Shown here in pieces: positions 1 to 10,563 of a DNA stretch of 64,000 nt; the first letter of the stretch is position 1, and every line of letters begins with the position of its first letter. This stretch comes from a virus. The stretch lies in the IMG/VR virus record IMGVR_UViG_3300042197_000731, positions 32,001-96,000 of that record, one strand, 5' to 3'. The notes under the pieces are model-generated. The model was not told the DNA's origin. It saw only the letters and a list, made by a program, of their open reading frames with translations, and searched no databases. Position numbers and translations under genes: made by a program.

Positions 1-3000
1 GATTTACAAATAGAAAATCAATCCGGTATAATGTTACAACATAGTGCTCCTGTAACATTTGCTAATATGTTTCTCAATAGTGATAAATTCAATGCGATAA
101 ATGGCATTCAATATGCTCAAAGTGAATATAATAAATTCAAAAGTAAATTTTTAAATCTGGCTGGATTAATACCTATAACTGAGGCTGGAAACGTAGAAAG
201 TGCCGTAAACTATATTCTAAAAAATATAAATCAAGTTAAAAATTCTACGTTTCCATGGTTTTATAGTGATATGGTAGCATATCAAGGAACAAGAAATGTA
301 ATTAATTATAACATTTTTAATCCACTACAAAGATCATATGAAATAACAAATATTTTTACACTAACAGAAATAACAAATAAATCAATTCTGATTTATCTGA
401 ATAAAGTACAATTAGTATATGGTAGAGATTATCTATTTTTGGCAGATTCAACTGGTGTACAGATAACTGATAGCGTAACATTGCAGATAGGTGATAAATT
501 AACCATTATTGAATATGATAGCACTGATGGTTCTTATATACCAGAAACACCTACAAAATTAGGTCTATATCCTAAGTTTATACCAGAAATTTATGTTGAT
601 CGTACATATACAACACCGCAGACTTTACTACGTGGTCACGACGGTAGTGTAATGCCAATATTTGGTGATCTACGTGATAATCTATTGCTGGAACTAGAAA
701 AGAGAATATACAATAATCTGAAGGTAGAATACAGCGACAAGTTAGTTAATATATTTGAAACTATACCAGGTAAGTTTAGAAATACAGGATACAGATTAAC
801 AGAATTTAATGCCGCCCTAGCAGCATCATATCTCCGCTGGACTTCTCAAAATAACCTGGACTATGTAAACAACGATACATTCCAGAATGATAACGCATTC
901 TCGTATAATTATGCCCTGGCATACGATAAAATCAATAATGAATTGTTACCCGGTTCATGGAGAGCGTGTTATCAGTATTTTTATGATTGTCAAGATCCTA
1001 ATGTAAGTCCATGGAAAATGTTAGGTTTTACTATCAAGCCTGATTGGTGGGAAGAGGTTTATGGCCCAGCGCCGTACACTTCTGGAAACAGTATTCTTTG
1101 GACTGATTTAGAGAATGGATATATTGCTCGTGGTGATCGTGCTGGCTTTGATCCACTGTTTAAGCGTCCTGGTCTATCAGCAATAATCCCAGTTAACGAG
1201 AACGGTAAACTTATTCCGCCACTGCCGCTGTTAACTAACAAATTTGATGCTAACACATTCAATCGCTCCTGGAATATAGGTCAATTTAGCCCAACTGAAA
1301 CCGCATGGAGAAACAGTAGTGATTATCCATTTGCTCTACAGATAATAATGGCTATATTTAAACCGGCAAAGTATTTTGCTTACGGTATTAATACAAACAA
1401 ATATAGATACAATGTAGAATTGGATCAGTATTTAATTGCTGGAACCAACAATAGAATAACGCAAGATGATATTGATATTAATGGTTACGTAGAAAATGGC
1501 ATTGTTGTTCGCGCAACTGGTTATTTAAACTATATTACTGATTACTTGACTGGTTTAGGTATTTTAGATAAATCTGGATTATATAATTTTATCAGAGATT
1601 ATAGCGTTCAATTGAGTTATAGATTAGCGGGCTATAGCGATAAGAGTTTCTTAAAAATATTAGCAGAACAATATAGTCCTACCAGCACCAATGATAGTAT
1701 TCTAATACCAGATGGTGATTATGATTTAGTTATTAACAAATCTACACCAATATTAAATGTTAGATATAGCGGTGTTATAATTGAAAAAGTTGCTGCTGGA
1801 TTCAAAATATCTGGTTACGATAAAAATAGACCATATTTTAGTGTAATACCTCCAGATAGTAATGGCAAGTACATCACTATAAAAATACTAGATGCTACTT
1901 TAAACTATTACACTGAGTATACAAATATAAAAATTAATATACCATATGATACTGTTTTTACAAATACACAGCAGGTATCTAATTTCCTATCTGGCTATGG
2001 TAGATATTTACAATTACAGGGATTGTTATTTAACGATTATGATGGTAGTTTAAAACAAATAAAAAATTGGGAGTTAAGTACTAGAGAATTTTTAACATGG
2101 GTACAACAAGGTTGGAAAGTTAATAATTTGATAGCATTAAGTCCAGTAGGCAATGCCATTAAGTTTTTTAATCCATCCGCTATAGCAGATAAAATCCAAA
2201 ACTCTGTTTTCGGCAGCAAAGTTGTAAACAAAGATGGAAAAATTCTTAATTCTGATAGATATTCAGTTCTGCGTGACGGTAATAATTTTGAATTACGTAT
2301 TTTAAATCAAAAAGATTTGATAGGCTATCTTGAAATAGACTTAGTACAGAATGAACATAGTTTGATATTCAATAATAATACTGTTTTCAACGATGTGATT
2401 TATAACCCTATAATGGGTCAAAGACAGTACAGGTTAAAAGTTGTTGGAAAACGAACCGCTGAGTGGAATGGTTCAGTATATGCGCCAGGCTTTGTTTATA
2501 ATTCAAATATAGTTCAGCAGTGGTTACCTGGTGTTGATTACATGAAGGGCGATTTAGTTGATTTCAAAGGTTTCTATTACAGTTCCATACAGAATTTACC
2601 AGCAACATCTGAATTCAAGTTTAGTGATTGGTCACCCGTAGATAAGAACAAAATAAAAACTGGTCTATTAAGTAATTTCGCAAGAAATGCCGAAATAATA
2701 GAAACATTTTATGATGTGAATCAAGTTAATTTAGAAAGTGATTTTGATCTATATGCTCTATCATTAATAGGTTATAAAAATAGAGATTACTTAAACAACA
2801 TAGGCCTTGATGATGTTTCTCAAGTTAAATTCTATCAGGGATTTATCAAAGAGAAAGGAACAATTAATTCTATAAATGCTCTTGCGAATGTTGTTGTAAA
2901 TCAGCAACAATCCCAGGTTTCAATGTATGAAGATTGGGCATTTAGGGTTGGCACTTATGGTAGCACTGATATTAATAGATATGTTGAATTAGTATTAGAT

Positions 3001-6000
3001 GAGCGTTATGTTGTAAGTAATCCAGCAAGTCTTGAAGTTCTATCAAATAATCGTATATCATATGAATCTCAATTTGTTTCCGATGGTCTATACAAAACCT
3101 CAACTACAAATTGGACGTCTCCGTTTTTACTAACACGTAATAGTGATAGTGATTACGATACCGATATCAAAACAGCAGGCTTCGTAAGCATTGAAGATGT
3201 AGATTACACTGTGTTTGATATAAATGATATTAGAACACTAAACAACAATATAGAAAATATTGGCACTAATAGTATAATATGGGTAGCAAAAGATTTCAAT
3301 TTAGATTGGAATGTATATACACTTGAAGATATTAAGTGTGTAGTAACAAAAATATCAAACTCATTGAACAGTCGTGTTACTGTAACAACGGATAATTTTC
3401 ATAGATTGACAGTTAATGACGTGGTGATGTTATTCGGTGTAGATCAGTTTAATGGTTTTTACCGTGTGTTGACTGTAAGTTCATTGAATACCTTTGTTGT
3501 AGAATATGTAGGTAGATTGAGTGGATTTAACAATCAAATATACACCGGTGGTATATACAAATTAAAGAGCTTGAAAGTTGATACACCTAGTGATATTGTA
3601 ACGCTGAAAAATTCCACACAATGGAAGAACAATAATAAAGTTTGGGTAGAAAACACCACTACGACAAATATGTGGGAAGTCTACAATAAATCTGAACCAT
3701 GGGAATATACGAAAAATATTCGCATAGGTAGTATTACAGCGAACAGTAGATTTGGTAGTTCTGTTTCAGTAACAGCAGATAATAATTTTGCCGTAGTAGG
3801 TCAACCTACATCTAATAATGGTGAAGGATCTTTTACAAACTTTGTATTGAATTTTAACAACGATTTAGTAGAAGATGTAACATTAAGTTCTTTAGTAAAA
3901 AATTCTGTGGGTTTTGGATCAACTTTAGTAACAACAAACAATTATGTAGCAGTTGGGGCTCCAGAAAGTTATGGAAATATAGGTTATGTGTACATATATA
4001 AGAGAAATCTTGGAGGTGGTACTCTTACCGATACTCAAATATTGACGGCAAATGTAGTCTCATCCGCGCTATTTGGAAGTAGCATTGCGATGAGTTCAGA
4101 TAGTAGATGGCTATATGTTGGCGCACCTGATGTTGGTAATGTTTATGTATATGCGCTAAACACTACTATAGATTCTTTTGCGAATGTAGTTATTGCTGAT
4201 GGCATAGTAGATACATACACTCTGAATTTTACACCAGTAAGTGAAGAAAATATATTTGTTCGTTTTGTTTCTAACTCTGAAATATTAATGCCACATCAAG
4301 ATTACACATTAGTTGGAGATCAAATAACATTTACTTCTATGCCAGCGGCTGGAAACATAGTAGTTCAACAAATACCAGGTTATAAATTATTTGATGTCAT
4401 ACAAGGAAATGTAGAAGGAAAATTTGGTTACAGTGTAACCTGTACCACAGATGGCGAACAAATATTAATCTCATCACCATATGCTAATGTCACGTTAAAT
4501 TCAAATACATACACAACATCTGGTAATATATCAATATATAATAGATCAATTGATTCTTATATTTCTCAAAGTGATACGGTATTGTTTACTTCAACTGGAA
4601 TTGTTGATGAATATACAAGAGTATACATTGAAACTGTAGAACAAATTAGGGGAGTAGATTGGTTTAAATTTGGTCCTAATGGTGTACAATTCTTAGTACC
4701 GCCTGGAAAAGGTAAAATAGTAAGAATAGAATCAAATCAGATTCAAAAATTACAGGATCTTACACCTATATTGCCATATGAAGATCAGTTATTTGGTTAT
4801 AGTGTAGATATCTGTAGATACAATTGTAGTGTTTTTGCTGGTGCGCCATTCCAAAGCGTAACCAATACTTATAGTGGAGCAGTGTATAGATATCTAAATC
4901 AAGGTAGAGTTTATGGTGAAATAACAGGAACAGTTTTGAATCCTGTGGTAAATTCCGGAGATCAGTTAAGAATAAATAATTTCTTAGTAACTTTCTCTGA
5001 CACATCATTAAACACTGTGGTATCTACTATCAACAGTGCTAATATACCTGGAGTACGAGCCTATAATGTAAACAACTATCTAAGAATTGTTAGTGATTCT
5101 GCTGTAAATTCTGATAAACTTAGAATATTGCCAGGTCAAGGATCGGCAATTGCTGATCTTGGATTAGAAGTATTTAAACAAGTAGAAATAATTAATAATG
5201 CTTATGAAAAAGCGTATGATTATTTTGGAAAAATAGTTAAAGTAAATAACACAAGTGACAGTTTAATCGTCGGCAGTGATATTGCTGCTACGCTTGAAAA
5301 AACTATTTTTGATAGTGATACTACAACGTTTGATTCACTATCTACCACCTTTGTTGAGGCAATAGATAATAGCGGTGCCGTTTGGATTTATGGGTATCTT
5401 CCAAGTAACATAGATAATATTAACAATCCAGGTAATTTCTTATATATTCAACAGTTAAATTCTGTACTAGTTGGGTCATCATTAAGAACAAATGATGGAT
5501 TTGGTAGTAGTATAGCAATAAATGATTTTGAATTATACGTTGGTGCTAAAAATAATAAATCGTTGAATAATAATGCTGGAGCAGTCTATCGATTTGTAAA
5601 TGAAGACAACTTAATTGGCTGGGACTCATATAGAACGGAAGCAGCTAAAGTTGACATTGATGGTATTATAAACTGCTATACCTATAACACAGAAACTCAG
5701 AATGTTTTAGATTATCTGGACTTTATTGATCCAGTGAAGGGAAAAATTTTAGGTGTAGCAGAACAAAATATATCTTACAAGATTGATTATGATCCTGCTG
5801 TGTACAATGTCACTACAATACCAGAAGTAGCAAATGATAGTGATCTTTGCTGGGGTAGAAATAATGTAGGCAAAGTATGGTGGGATTTGAGTACTGTACG
5901 CTATGTAGAATACGAACAAGGTACTACCAGTTACAGAACAGCAAACTGGGGTAGAGTTTTCCCAGGAAGTTCTATAGACGTATACGAATGGGTTCAGAGT

Positions 6001-9000
6001 GACTATCCGCCAAGTCAATACGTTTCATCTGGTGGAGATGGAATTCCAAAGTATGGAAACAATCAAGCATATGTAACTGAAAGTTATATTGATCCTAATA
6101 CTAATTTTGCTGTAGTAAAGTATTACTATTGGGTTAAAGATAGATCAACTGTTAACTTAAATTATGCTAACAGAACCATGCCCACTGTATCTATAGCAAA
6201 TTACATAAGAGATCCAAAATCAAGTGGAATTAAGTACTTTGCTGCTGTAAGTCCATCCGCTATAGCAGTTTATAACGTTATAAATGATGTTATTGCTAGA
6301 CAAATAGTATTACATTTGAACTATAAAAAGATAGTCAACAGTAATGTCATTCATAATGAATACGCTCTGCTTTCAGAAGGTGGCAGTAAATCTAGAGAAA
6401 TACCAAACAACATATTTTCTAAGTTTGTAGATAGTTTGAGTGGTGTTGATCTTTTTGGAAATCAAGTGCCAGATCCTGTGTTGCCTGTACAAGATAGATA
6501 TGGCATAGATATTCGTCCTAGACAAACAATGGTTGTTGATCGTACTCAGGCATTAAAAGAAGTTATTTTATACGTAAATGATGTTCTTTCAAAATTTGTT
6601 GTTTCCAGAGGGTTTAATCTAGAAACTCTATTAGGTGGAGAACCAATACCAGTTGATGATTCTGAGACATACAATTTAATTGTAAACAACTTAGAAGAAT
6701 TGTCTTTTATTAACATTGAAATACTACCTGTAGGATACAAAATTTTAGTTAGAAATGATTCAACTGTTAATAATTTATGGACTATATATGTTAAAGATGC
6801 TGAAGTAGTTTTGTGGCAACCTAATACTACTTACAATCGCGGTCAATATATCACACGCAATGATGTAGTTTTTATAGTTACTAGCACTTTTACTAGTGGT
6901 AGTGAATTTAATTACGATAACGTAAATATATATGTAGCAACAAATACTTGGCAACTAATTAGAGTTCAAAGTTTCAGTGTTCCTGAATACTGGCAGTTTA
7001 AAGACTGGTATGCACCTGGATACAACAATACATTAACACCTAATTATATTATTGAAAACAATAGTCAGATAACTAACTTAACATTAAGATCTGGTGATAT
7101 TGTTGAAATTTTAAATAACGGACAAGGAAAATGGTATATTATACAGGTATTTCCAAATACGGTGAATACTATTGCTATACAAGATGGCACGATAGAATTC
7201 AGTGATAGTTTATATAATTTATCAGCGTATGGAATGGGATTTGATAATGATAACTTTGATAGTTTAAGATATGATCAAAATCCAAGTATAGAGATTAGAC
7301 AAATTATCAATTCATTGAAAAATGATATATTTATAAATGAATTAGACAATGAATTCTTAAAATTATACTTTGTTTTCATAAATTATATTCTCACTGAGCA
7401 AAAAAGTGTTGACTGGTTATTCAAAACAAGTTTTATTGATGTGCTTCAAAAATTCAGTGGATCAATTAAACCTCAAATATACTACAAAGAAAATCAAGAT
7501 TTTTACTTACAGTATATTCAAGAAGTTAAGCCATATAAAACTACTCTACGTGATTACATAGTTGGATACGATTATGTGGATAATTACACGGGATATGTAA
7601 CTGATTTTGATGTTCCTCCATATTATGATGAAGTATTAAAATTATCTCGCAGTCCAAGCGGTGAATTTTTAAATGATGCGATTGCTCTTCGTAGACCGGA
7701 ATATGTAGATTGGTTAACTAACTATAGTTATAGTATTGGTTCAGTTTCAATTCTTTCTGGTGGATCAGGATATACATTACCGCCAGTTGTTACTATCACA
7801 GGCAGTACTACTGGAAATAATGCTATAGTTAGAGTATTAGTTACTGGTGGTGTAGTTACCAGAGCAGTACTACTTTATGGTGGTACTAATTACATCACAG
7901 ATCCTATAATAACAATAACGGGTGGTAATGGATCTGGTCTAAAATTAAAAGTAACATTAACAAACAATTTGATCAGAAGTTTTGATACAACCATTGTATA
8001 TGATCGTATAACTTACGGCACTACCGTATTGGAATGGCAACCAAATACGGATTTTTTACAAGGATCTGTAGTAGCACACAATGGAATTGCTTATGTTGTA
8101 AACAGTACATTTACCACTGGTACAGTGTTCAATGAAACTAATTTAACACTATATTCAGTAAGTAATTTCCGCAATGCCAACGATAGAATTCAAGCATATT
8201 ATTCACCAGATGAACAAATGCCTAGTAAAAATTTCTCTTTATTACAAGACGGAATTGATTATCCAGGTGTTAAAGTAGTTGGCGCAAGTTTCGGTGAAAG
8301 CACTGGATTCGACGGCGTTGGATTTGATATGACTGTATTTGATCCTACAGAAATTGATAGTGATGGCACTTTCTTATTGAGTGAAAGTTTACTTGATACA
8401 AAAATTTCAAGCACTTATACTGATAGTACATTAGGTATAAAGCCAGAGGATATCATTATTGACGGCGGTCCTTATGTATACGATAGATACACCGATTGGA
8501 CAGCAAATACATCGTATGACCGTGGTGATTTAGTATATTACAACAATCGTGTGTGGTACACTGTTACGCCATTTGTATCTGGCAATGTGTTCTCGTCAAA
8601 TAACTTTACGATATATAACATTGGACCGTATGCAAGCCATGCTCCGGAAGAATTAGTGCCTGGTAGAGTCTACGATACTCTAGACATAACTGTATCCACT
8701 TTTGCTATAAATGCTACAAGTGCTGAATACAGCACCTGGGTATCAACCAACGCATTTAAACTTTCTGATGTTGTTATAGTTTCAAATGGTTTAGGATATA
8801 GTTCTGGTAGTATTTCAGTGTTAATAGATGGAGCGACTACTGGTGTACAGGCTAATGCTCAAGTAGTATTGAATGCTAATGGTTCTGCTATATCCTTTGA
8901 CGTAGTTGATGAAGGATATGGCTATACAACTACTCCTAATGTTATTATAACAGGAGCAAATATAGAGCCTATCGTAGCATCAGCGGTAATGGCACCTACA

Positions 9001-9753
9001 AATCCTTATGCACTAATGTCGTATAGAATATTCAAGGATATGAATGATAATTACACATTCTTGAGATTAGATACTAGCGCAACAACTACTCTTGCCGCCA
9101 ATTTAGGACTGACAGACACAGTTATAAGAGTTAGCGATGCGTATAAATTGCCAGAACCTGCCGCAGTTGGAGCAGTTCCTGGAGTTGTCTTTATAAATGG
9201 CGAAAGAATAGTGTACTATGCTAAAGATAATACCGCTAATACATTATCTCAATTACGTAGAGGAACTTCTGGAACTGGAGCAAGAACACATAGTGCTGGA
9301 GATACTGTAATTGATGGTAGTCAATCTCAGTTAATAATAGATAGTTCAGTTCGTGAGTGGTATGCTGGAAACGTAGGCACAGGCACGATAAATGTAGCAG
9401 CAAATTCTACTACGATTAACGGCACAGGAACACTATTTACCACTGAATTGACGACGGGGGGAAATATATTCTTATCTGATGGACGTTATGTAGGTATGAT
9501 AAGTAGCATTACCAGTGATACTGTAGCAATTGTTTCCGAGACACCAGTAATTAATGCGATTGATAGTACATTTGAATACTCTGCCAACGTAGTTGCGACA
9601 ACAACGTCTGGTAATTCTTACACATTCTATTCAAATACTGGTTATCTACGTAGTAATTTGTGGTACGCAAGTGGATCTGGTACAGCAACAAACGGCGGCG
9701 GACTGTTTACCAGTAATACAATTCAAGTTCAGTTCTTGAAAGAGGGTATTTGA
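1..9753 (+). CDS. Giant virion structural protein (baseplate/tail-associated), 5'-truncated by the window edge
   Basis: The frame is open from base 1 (DLQIENQSGIM...). It has about seven FG-GAP-like blades (FGSSVSV..VVGQP, FGSSIAMS..LYVGAP, FGYSVDI..FAGAP) and four CBM5/12-like repeats (WQPNTTYNRGQYI, WTANTSYDRGDLVYYN). It is followed by structural genes. Confidence 0.75.
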   Translation, partial: DLQIENQSGIMLQHSAPVTFANMFLNSDKFNAINGIQYAQSEYNKFKSKFLNLAGLIPITEAGNVESAVNYILKNINQVKNSTFPWFYSDMVAYQGTRNVINYNIFNPLQRSYEITNIFTLTEITNKSILIYLNKVQLVYGRDYLFLADSTGVQITDSVTLQIGDKLTIIEYDSTDGSYIPETPTKLGLYPKFIPEIYVDRTYTTPQTLLRGHDGSVMPIFGDLRDNLLLELEKRIYNNLKVEYSDKLVNIFETIPGKFRNTGYRLTEFNAALAASYLRWTSQNNLDYVNNDTFQNDNAFSYNYALAYDKINNELLPGSWRACYQYFYDCQDPNVSPWKMLGFTIKPDWWEEVYGPAPYTSGNSILWTDLENGYIARGDRAGFDPLFKRPGLSAIIPVNENGKLIPPLPLLTNKFDANTFNRSWNIGQFSPTETAWRNSSDYPFALQIIMAIFKPAKYFAYGINTNKYRYNVELDQYLIAGTNNRITQDDIDINGYVENGIVVRATGYLNYITDYLTGLGILDKSGLYNFIRDYSVQLSYRLAGYSDKSFLKILAEQYSPTSTNDSILIPDGDYDLVINKSTPILNVRYSGVIIEKVAAGFKISGYDKNRPYFSVIPPDSNGKYITIKILDATLNYYTEYTNIKINIPYDTVFTNTQQVSNFLSGYGRYLQLQGLLFNDYDGSLKQIKNWELSTREFLTWVQQGWKVNNLIALSPVGNAIKFFNPSAIADKIQNSVFGSKVVNKDGKILNSDRYSVLRDGNNFELRILNQKDLIGYLEIDLVQNEHSLIFNNNTVFNDVIYNPIMGQRQYRLKVVGKRTAEWNGSVYAPGFVYNSNIVQQWLPGVDYMKGDLVDFKGFYYSSIQNLPATSEFKFSDWSPVDKNKIKTGLLSNFARNAEIIETFYDVNQVNLESDFDLYALSLIGYKNRDYLNNIGLDDVSQVKFYQGFIKEKGTINSINALANVVVNQQQSQVSMYEDWAFRVGTYGSTDINRYVELVLDERYVVSNPASLEVLSNNRISYESQFVSDGLYKTSTTNWTSPFLLTRNSDSDYDTDIKTAGFVSIEDVDYTVFDINDIRTLNNNIENIGTNSIIWVAKDFNLDWNVYTLEDIKCVVTKISNSLNSRVTVTTDNFHRLTVNDVVMLFGVDQFNGFYRVLTVSSLNTFVVEYVGRLSGFNNQIYTGGIYKLKSLKVDTPSDIVTLKNSTQWKNNNKVWVENTTTTNMWEVYNKSEPWEYTKNIRIGSITANSRFGSSVSVTADNNFAVVGQPTSNNGEGSFTNFVLNFNNDLVEDVTLSSLVKNSVGFGSTLVTTNNYVAVGAPESYGNIGYVYIYKRNLGGGTLTDTQILTANVVSSALFGSSIAMSSDSRWLYVGAPDVGNVYVYALNTTIDSFANVVIADGIVDTYTLNFTPVSEENIFVRFVSNSEILMPHQDYTLVGDQITFTSMPAAGNIVVQQIPGYKLFDVIQGNVEGKFGYSVTCTTDGEQILISSPYANVTLNSNTYTTSGNISIYNRSIDSYISQSDTVLFTSTGIVDEYTRVYIETVEQIRGVDWFKFGPNGVQFLVPPGKGKIVRIESNQIQKLQDLTPILPYEDQLFGYSVDICRYNCSVFAGAPFQSVTNTYSGAVYRYLNQGRVYGEITGTVLNPVVNSGDQLRINNFLVTFSDTSLNTVVSTINSANIPGVRAYNVNNYLRIVSDSAVNSDKLRILPGQGSAIADLGLEVFKQVEIINNAYEKAYDYFGKIVKVNNTSDSLIVGSDIAATLEKTIFDSDTTTFDSLSTTFVEAIDNSGAVWIYGYLPSNIDNINNPGNFLYIQQLNSVLVGSSLRTNDGFGSSIAINDFELYVGAKNNKSLNNNAGAVYRFVNEDNLIGWDSYRTEAAKVDIDGIINCYTYNTETQNVLDYLDFIDPVKGKILGVAEQNISYKIDYDPAVYNVTTIPEVANDSDLCWGRNNVGKVWWDLSTVRYVEYEQGTTSYRTANWGRVFPGSSIDVYEWVQSDYPPSQYVSSGGDGIPKYGNNQAYVTESYIDPNTNFAVVKYYYWVKDRSTVNLNYANRTMPTVSIANYIRDPKSSGIKYFAAVSPSAIAVYNVINDVIARQIVLHLNYKKIVNSNVIHNEYALLSEGGSKSREIPNNIFSKFVDSLSGVDLFGNQVPDPVLPVQDRYGIDIRPRQTMVVDRTQALKEVILYVNDVLSKFVVSRGFNLETLLGGEPIPVDDSETYNLIVNNLEELSFINIEILPVGYKILVRNDSTVNNLWTIYVKDAEVVLWQPNTTYNRGQYITRNDVVFIVTSTFTSGSEFNYDNVNIYVATNTWQLIRVQSFSVPEYWQFKDWYAPGYNNTLTPNYIIENNSQITNLTLRSGDIVEILNNGQGKWYIIQVFPNTVNTIAIQDGTIEFSDSLYNLSAYGMGFDNDNFDSLRYDQNPSIEIRQIINSLKNDIFINELDNEFLKLYFVFINYILTEQKSVDWLFKTSFIDVLQKFSGSIKPQIYYKENQDFYLQYIQEVKPYKTTLRDYIVGYDYVDNYTGYVTDFDVPPYYDEVLKLSRSPSGEFLNDAIALRRPEYVDWLTNYSYSIGSVSILSGGSGYTLPPVVTITGSTTGNNAIVRVLVTGGVVTRAVLLYGGTNYITDPIITITGGNGSGLKLKVTLTNNLIRSFDTTIVYDRITYGTTVLEWQPNTDFLQGSVVAHNGIAYVVNSTFTTGTVFNETNLTLYSVSNFRNANDRIQAYYSPDEQMPSKNFSLLQDGIDYPGVKVVGASFGESTGFDGVGFDMTVFDPTEIDSDGTFLLSESLLDTKISSTYTDSTLGIKPEDIIIDGGPYVYDRYTDWTANTSYDRGDLVYYNNRVWYTVTPFVSGNVFSSNNFTIYNIGPYASHAPEELVPGRVYDTLDITVSTFAINATSAEYSTWVSTNAFKLSDVVIVSNGLGYSSGSISVLIDGATTGVQANAQVVLNANGSAISFDVVDEGYGYTTTPNVIITGANIEPIVASAVMAPTNPYALMSYRIFKDMNDNYTFLRLDTSATTTLAANLGLTDTVIRVSDAYKLPEPAAVGAVPGVVFINGERIVYYAKDNTANTLSQLRRGTSGTGARTHSAGDTVIDGSQSQLIIDSSVREWYAGNVGTGTINVAANSTTINGTGTLFTTELTTGGNIFLSDGRYVGMISSITSDTVAIVSETPVINAIDSTFEYSANVVATTTSGNSYTFYSNTGYLRSNLWYASGSGTATNGGGLFTSNTIQVQFLKEGI

Positions 9754-9768
9754 AAAAGGTAGCATTTT

Positions 9769-9930
9769 ATGAACATGATAAATAATAAAGATGATCAGGA
9801 AAAAGAATTAGAGGAAGCGATTCGCAATTCACCTAAGCCAACAAATGAATCCTCTGGTATATACGTCAGAGGATTTGTAAAAATTAGTGATCCTGAATCG
9901 GGAGAAATTCTAGTTCATACTGCTGATTGA
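9769..9930 (+). CDS. Small 53-aa protein, paralogous to the N-terminus of the next gene
   Basis: Read by hand: MNMINNKDDQEKELEEAIRNSPKPTNESSGIYVRGFVKISDPESGEILVHTAD. The segment VRGFVKISDPESGEILV resembles IKGYVKIYDVGTGEILL in the next ORF. Confidence 0.65.
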   Translation: MNMINNKDDQEKELEEAIRNSPKPTNESSGIYVRGFVKISDPESGEILVHTAD

Positions 9931-9940
9931 TAGGTAAAAT

Positions 9941-10534
9941 ATGATAGATAAAAACAATACTTTTATTAAGGGATACGTCAAAATATATGATGTAGGTACT
10001 GGCGAAATCCTTCTTGATAAAACCAATGCTATTCACTATGAAAATATGAGTGAAGCATTGTCCTTAAGTTTAGCAAACAAGGGAACTGGATATATTGAAA
10101 AGATGGCATTTGGTAATGGTGCTACTGCGGTAGACAGTACTGGAGTAATTACATATTTGCCAACAAATACTTTTGGTCAAAATGCCAGTCTATATAATCA
10201 AACATATGAAAAAATCGTAGATAATACCAGCGCACTAAATTCAGATCCTTCAAAGAATTTTATTGAAGTTCGTCACACTCCTGGAGTAATTTTTACAGAT
10301 ATCTATGTTAGTTGTTTGTTGAATTATACAGAACCATCTGGTCAACAAGCATTTGATAATAGTGCAACAATGTCTGGTACATATGTATTTGATGAACTTG
10401 GTTTATTGAGTGAGTCTGGTAGATTGTTGACTCACGTAATCTTTCATCCAATTCAAAAATCACTGAATAGATTGATTCAGATTGATTATACAGTGAGAAT
10501 TCAAACGCTTACCAATTTAAGTACTAACTTGTAA
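9941..10534 (+). CDS. Virion structural protein (baseplate/tail-fibre attachment-like)
   Basis: 197 aa with MAFGNG, FDELGL and LLTHVIFHPIQKSLNRLIQIDYTVRI motifs, in a structural gene context. Confidence 0.6.
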   Translation: MIDKNNTFIKGYVKIYDVGTGEILLDKTNAIHYENMSEALSLSLANKGTGYIEKMAFGNGATAVDSTGVITYLPTNTFGQNASLYNQTYEKIVDNTSALNSDPSKNFIEVRHTPGVIFTDIYVSCLLNYTEPSGQQAFDNSATMSGTYVFDELGLLSESGRLLTHVIFHPIQKSLNRLIQIDYTVRIQTLTNLSTNL

Positions 10535-10563
10535 GATAAATAGTTAAAACGGATTATTAACAA

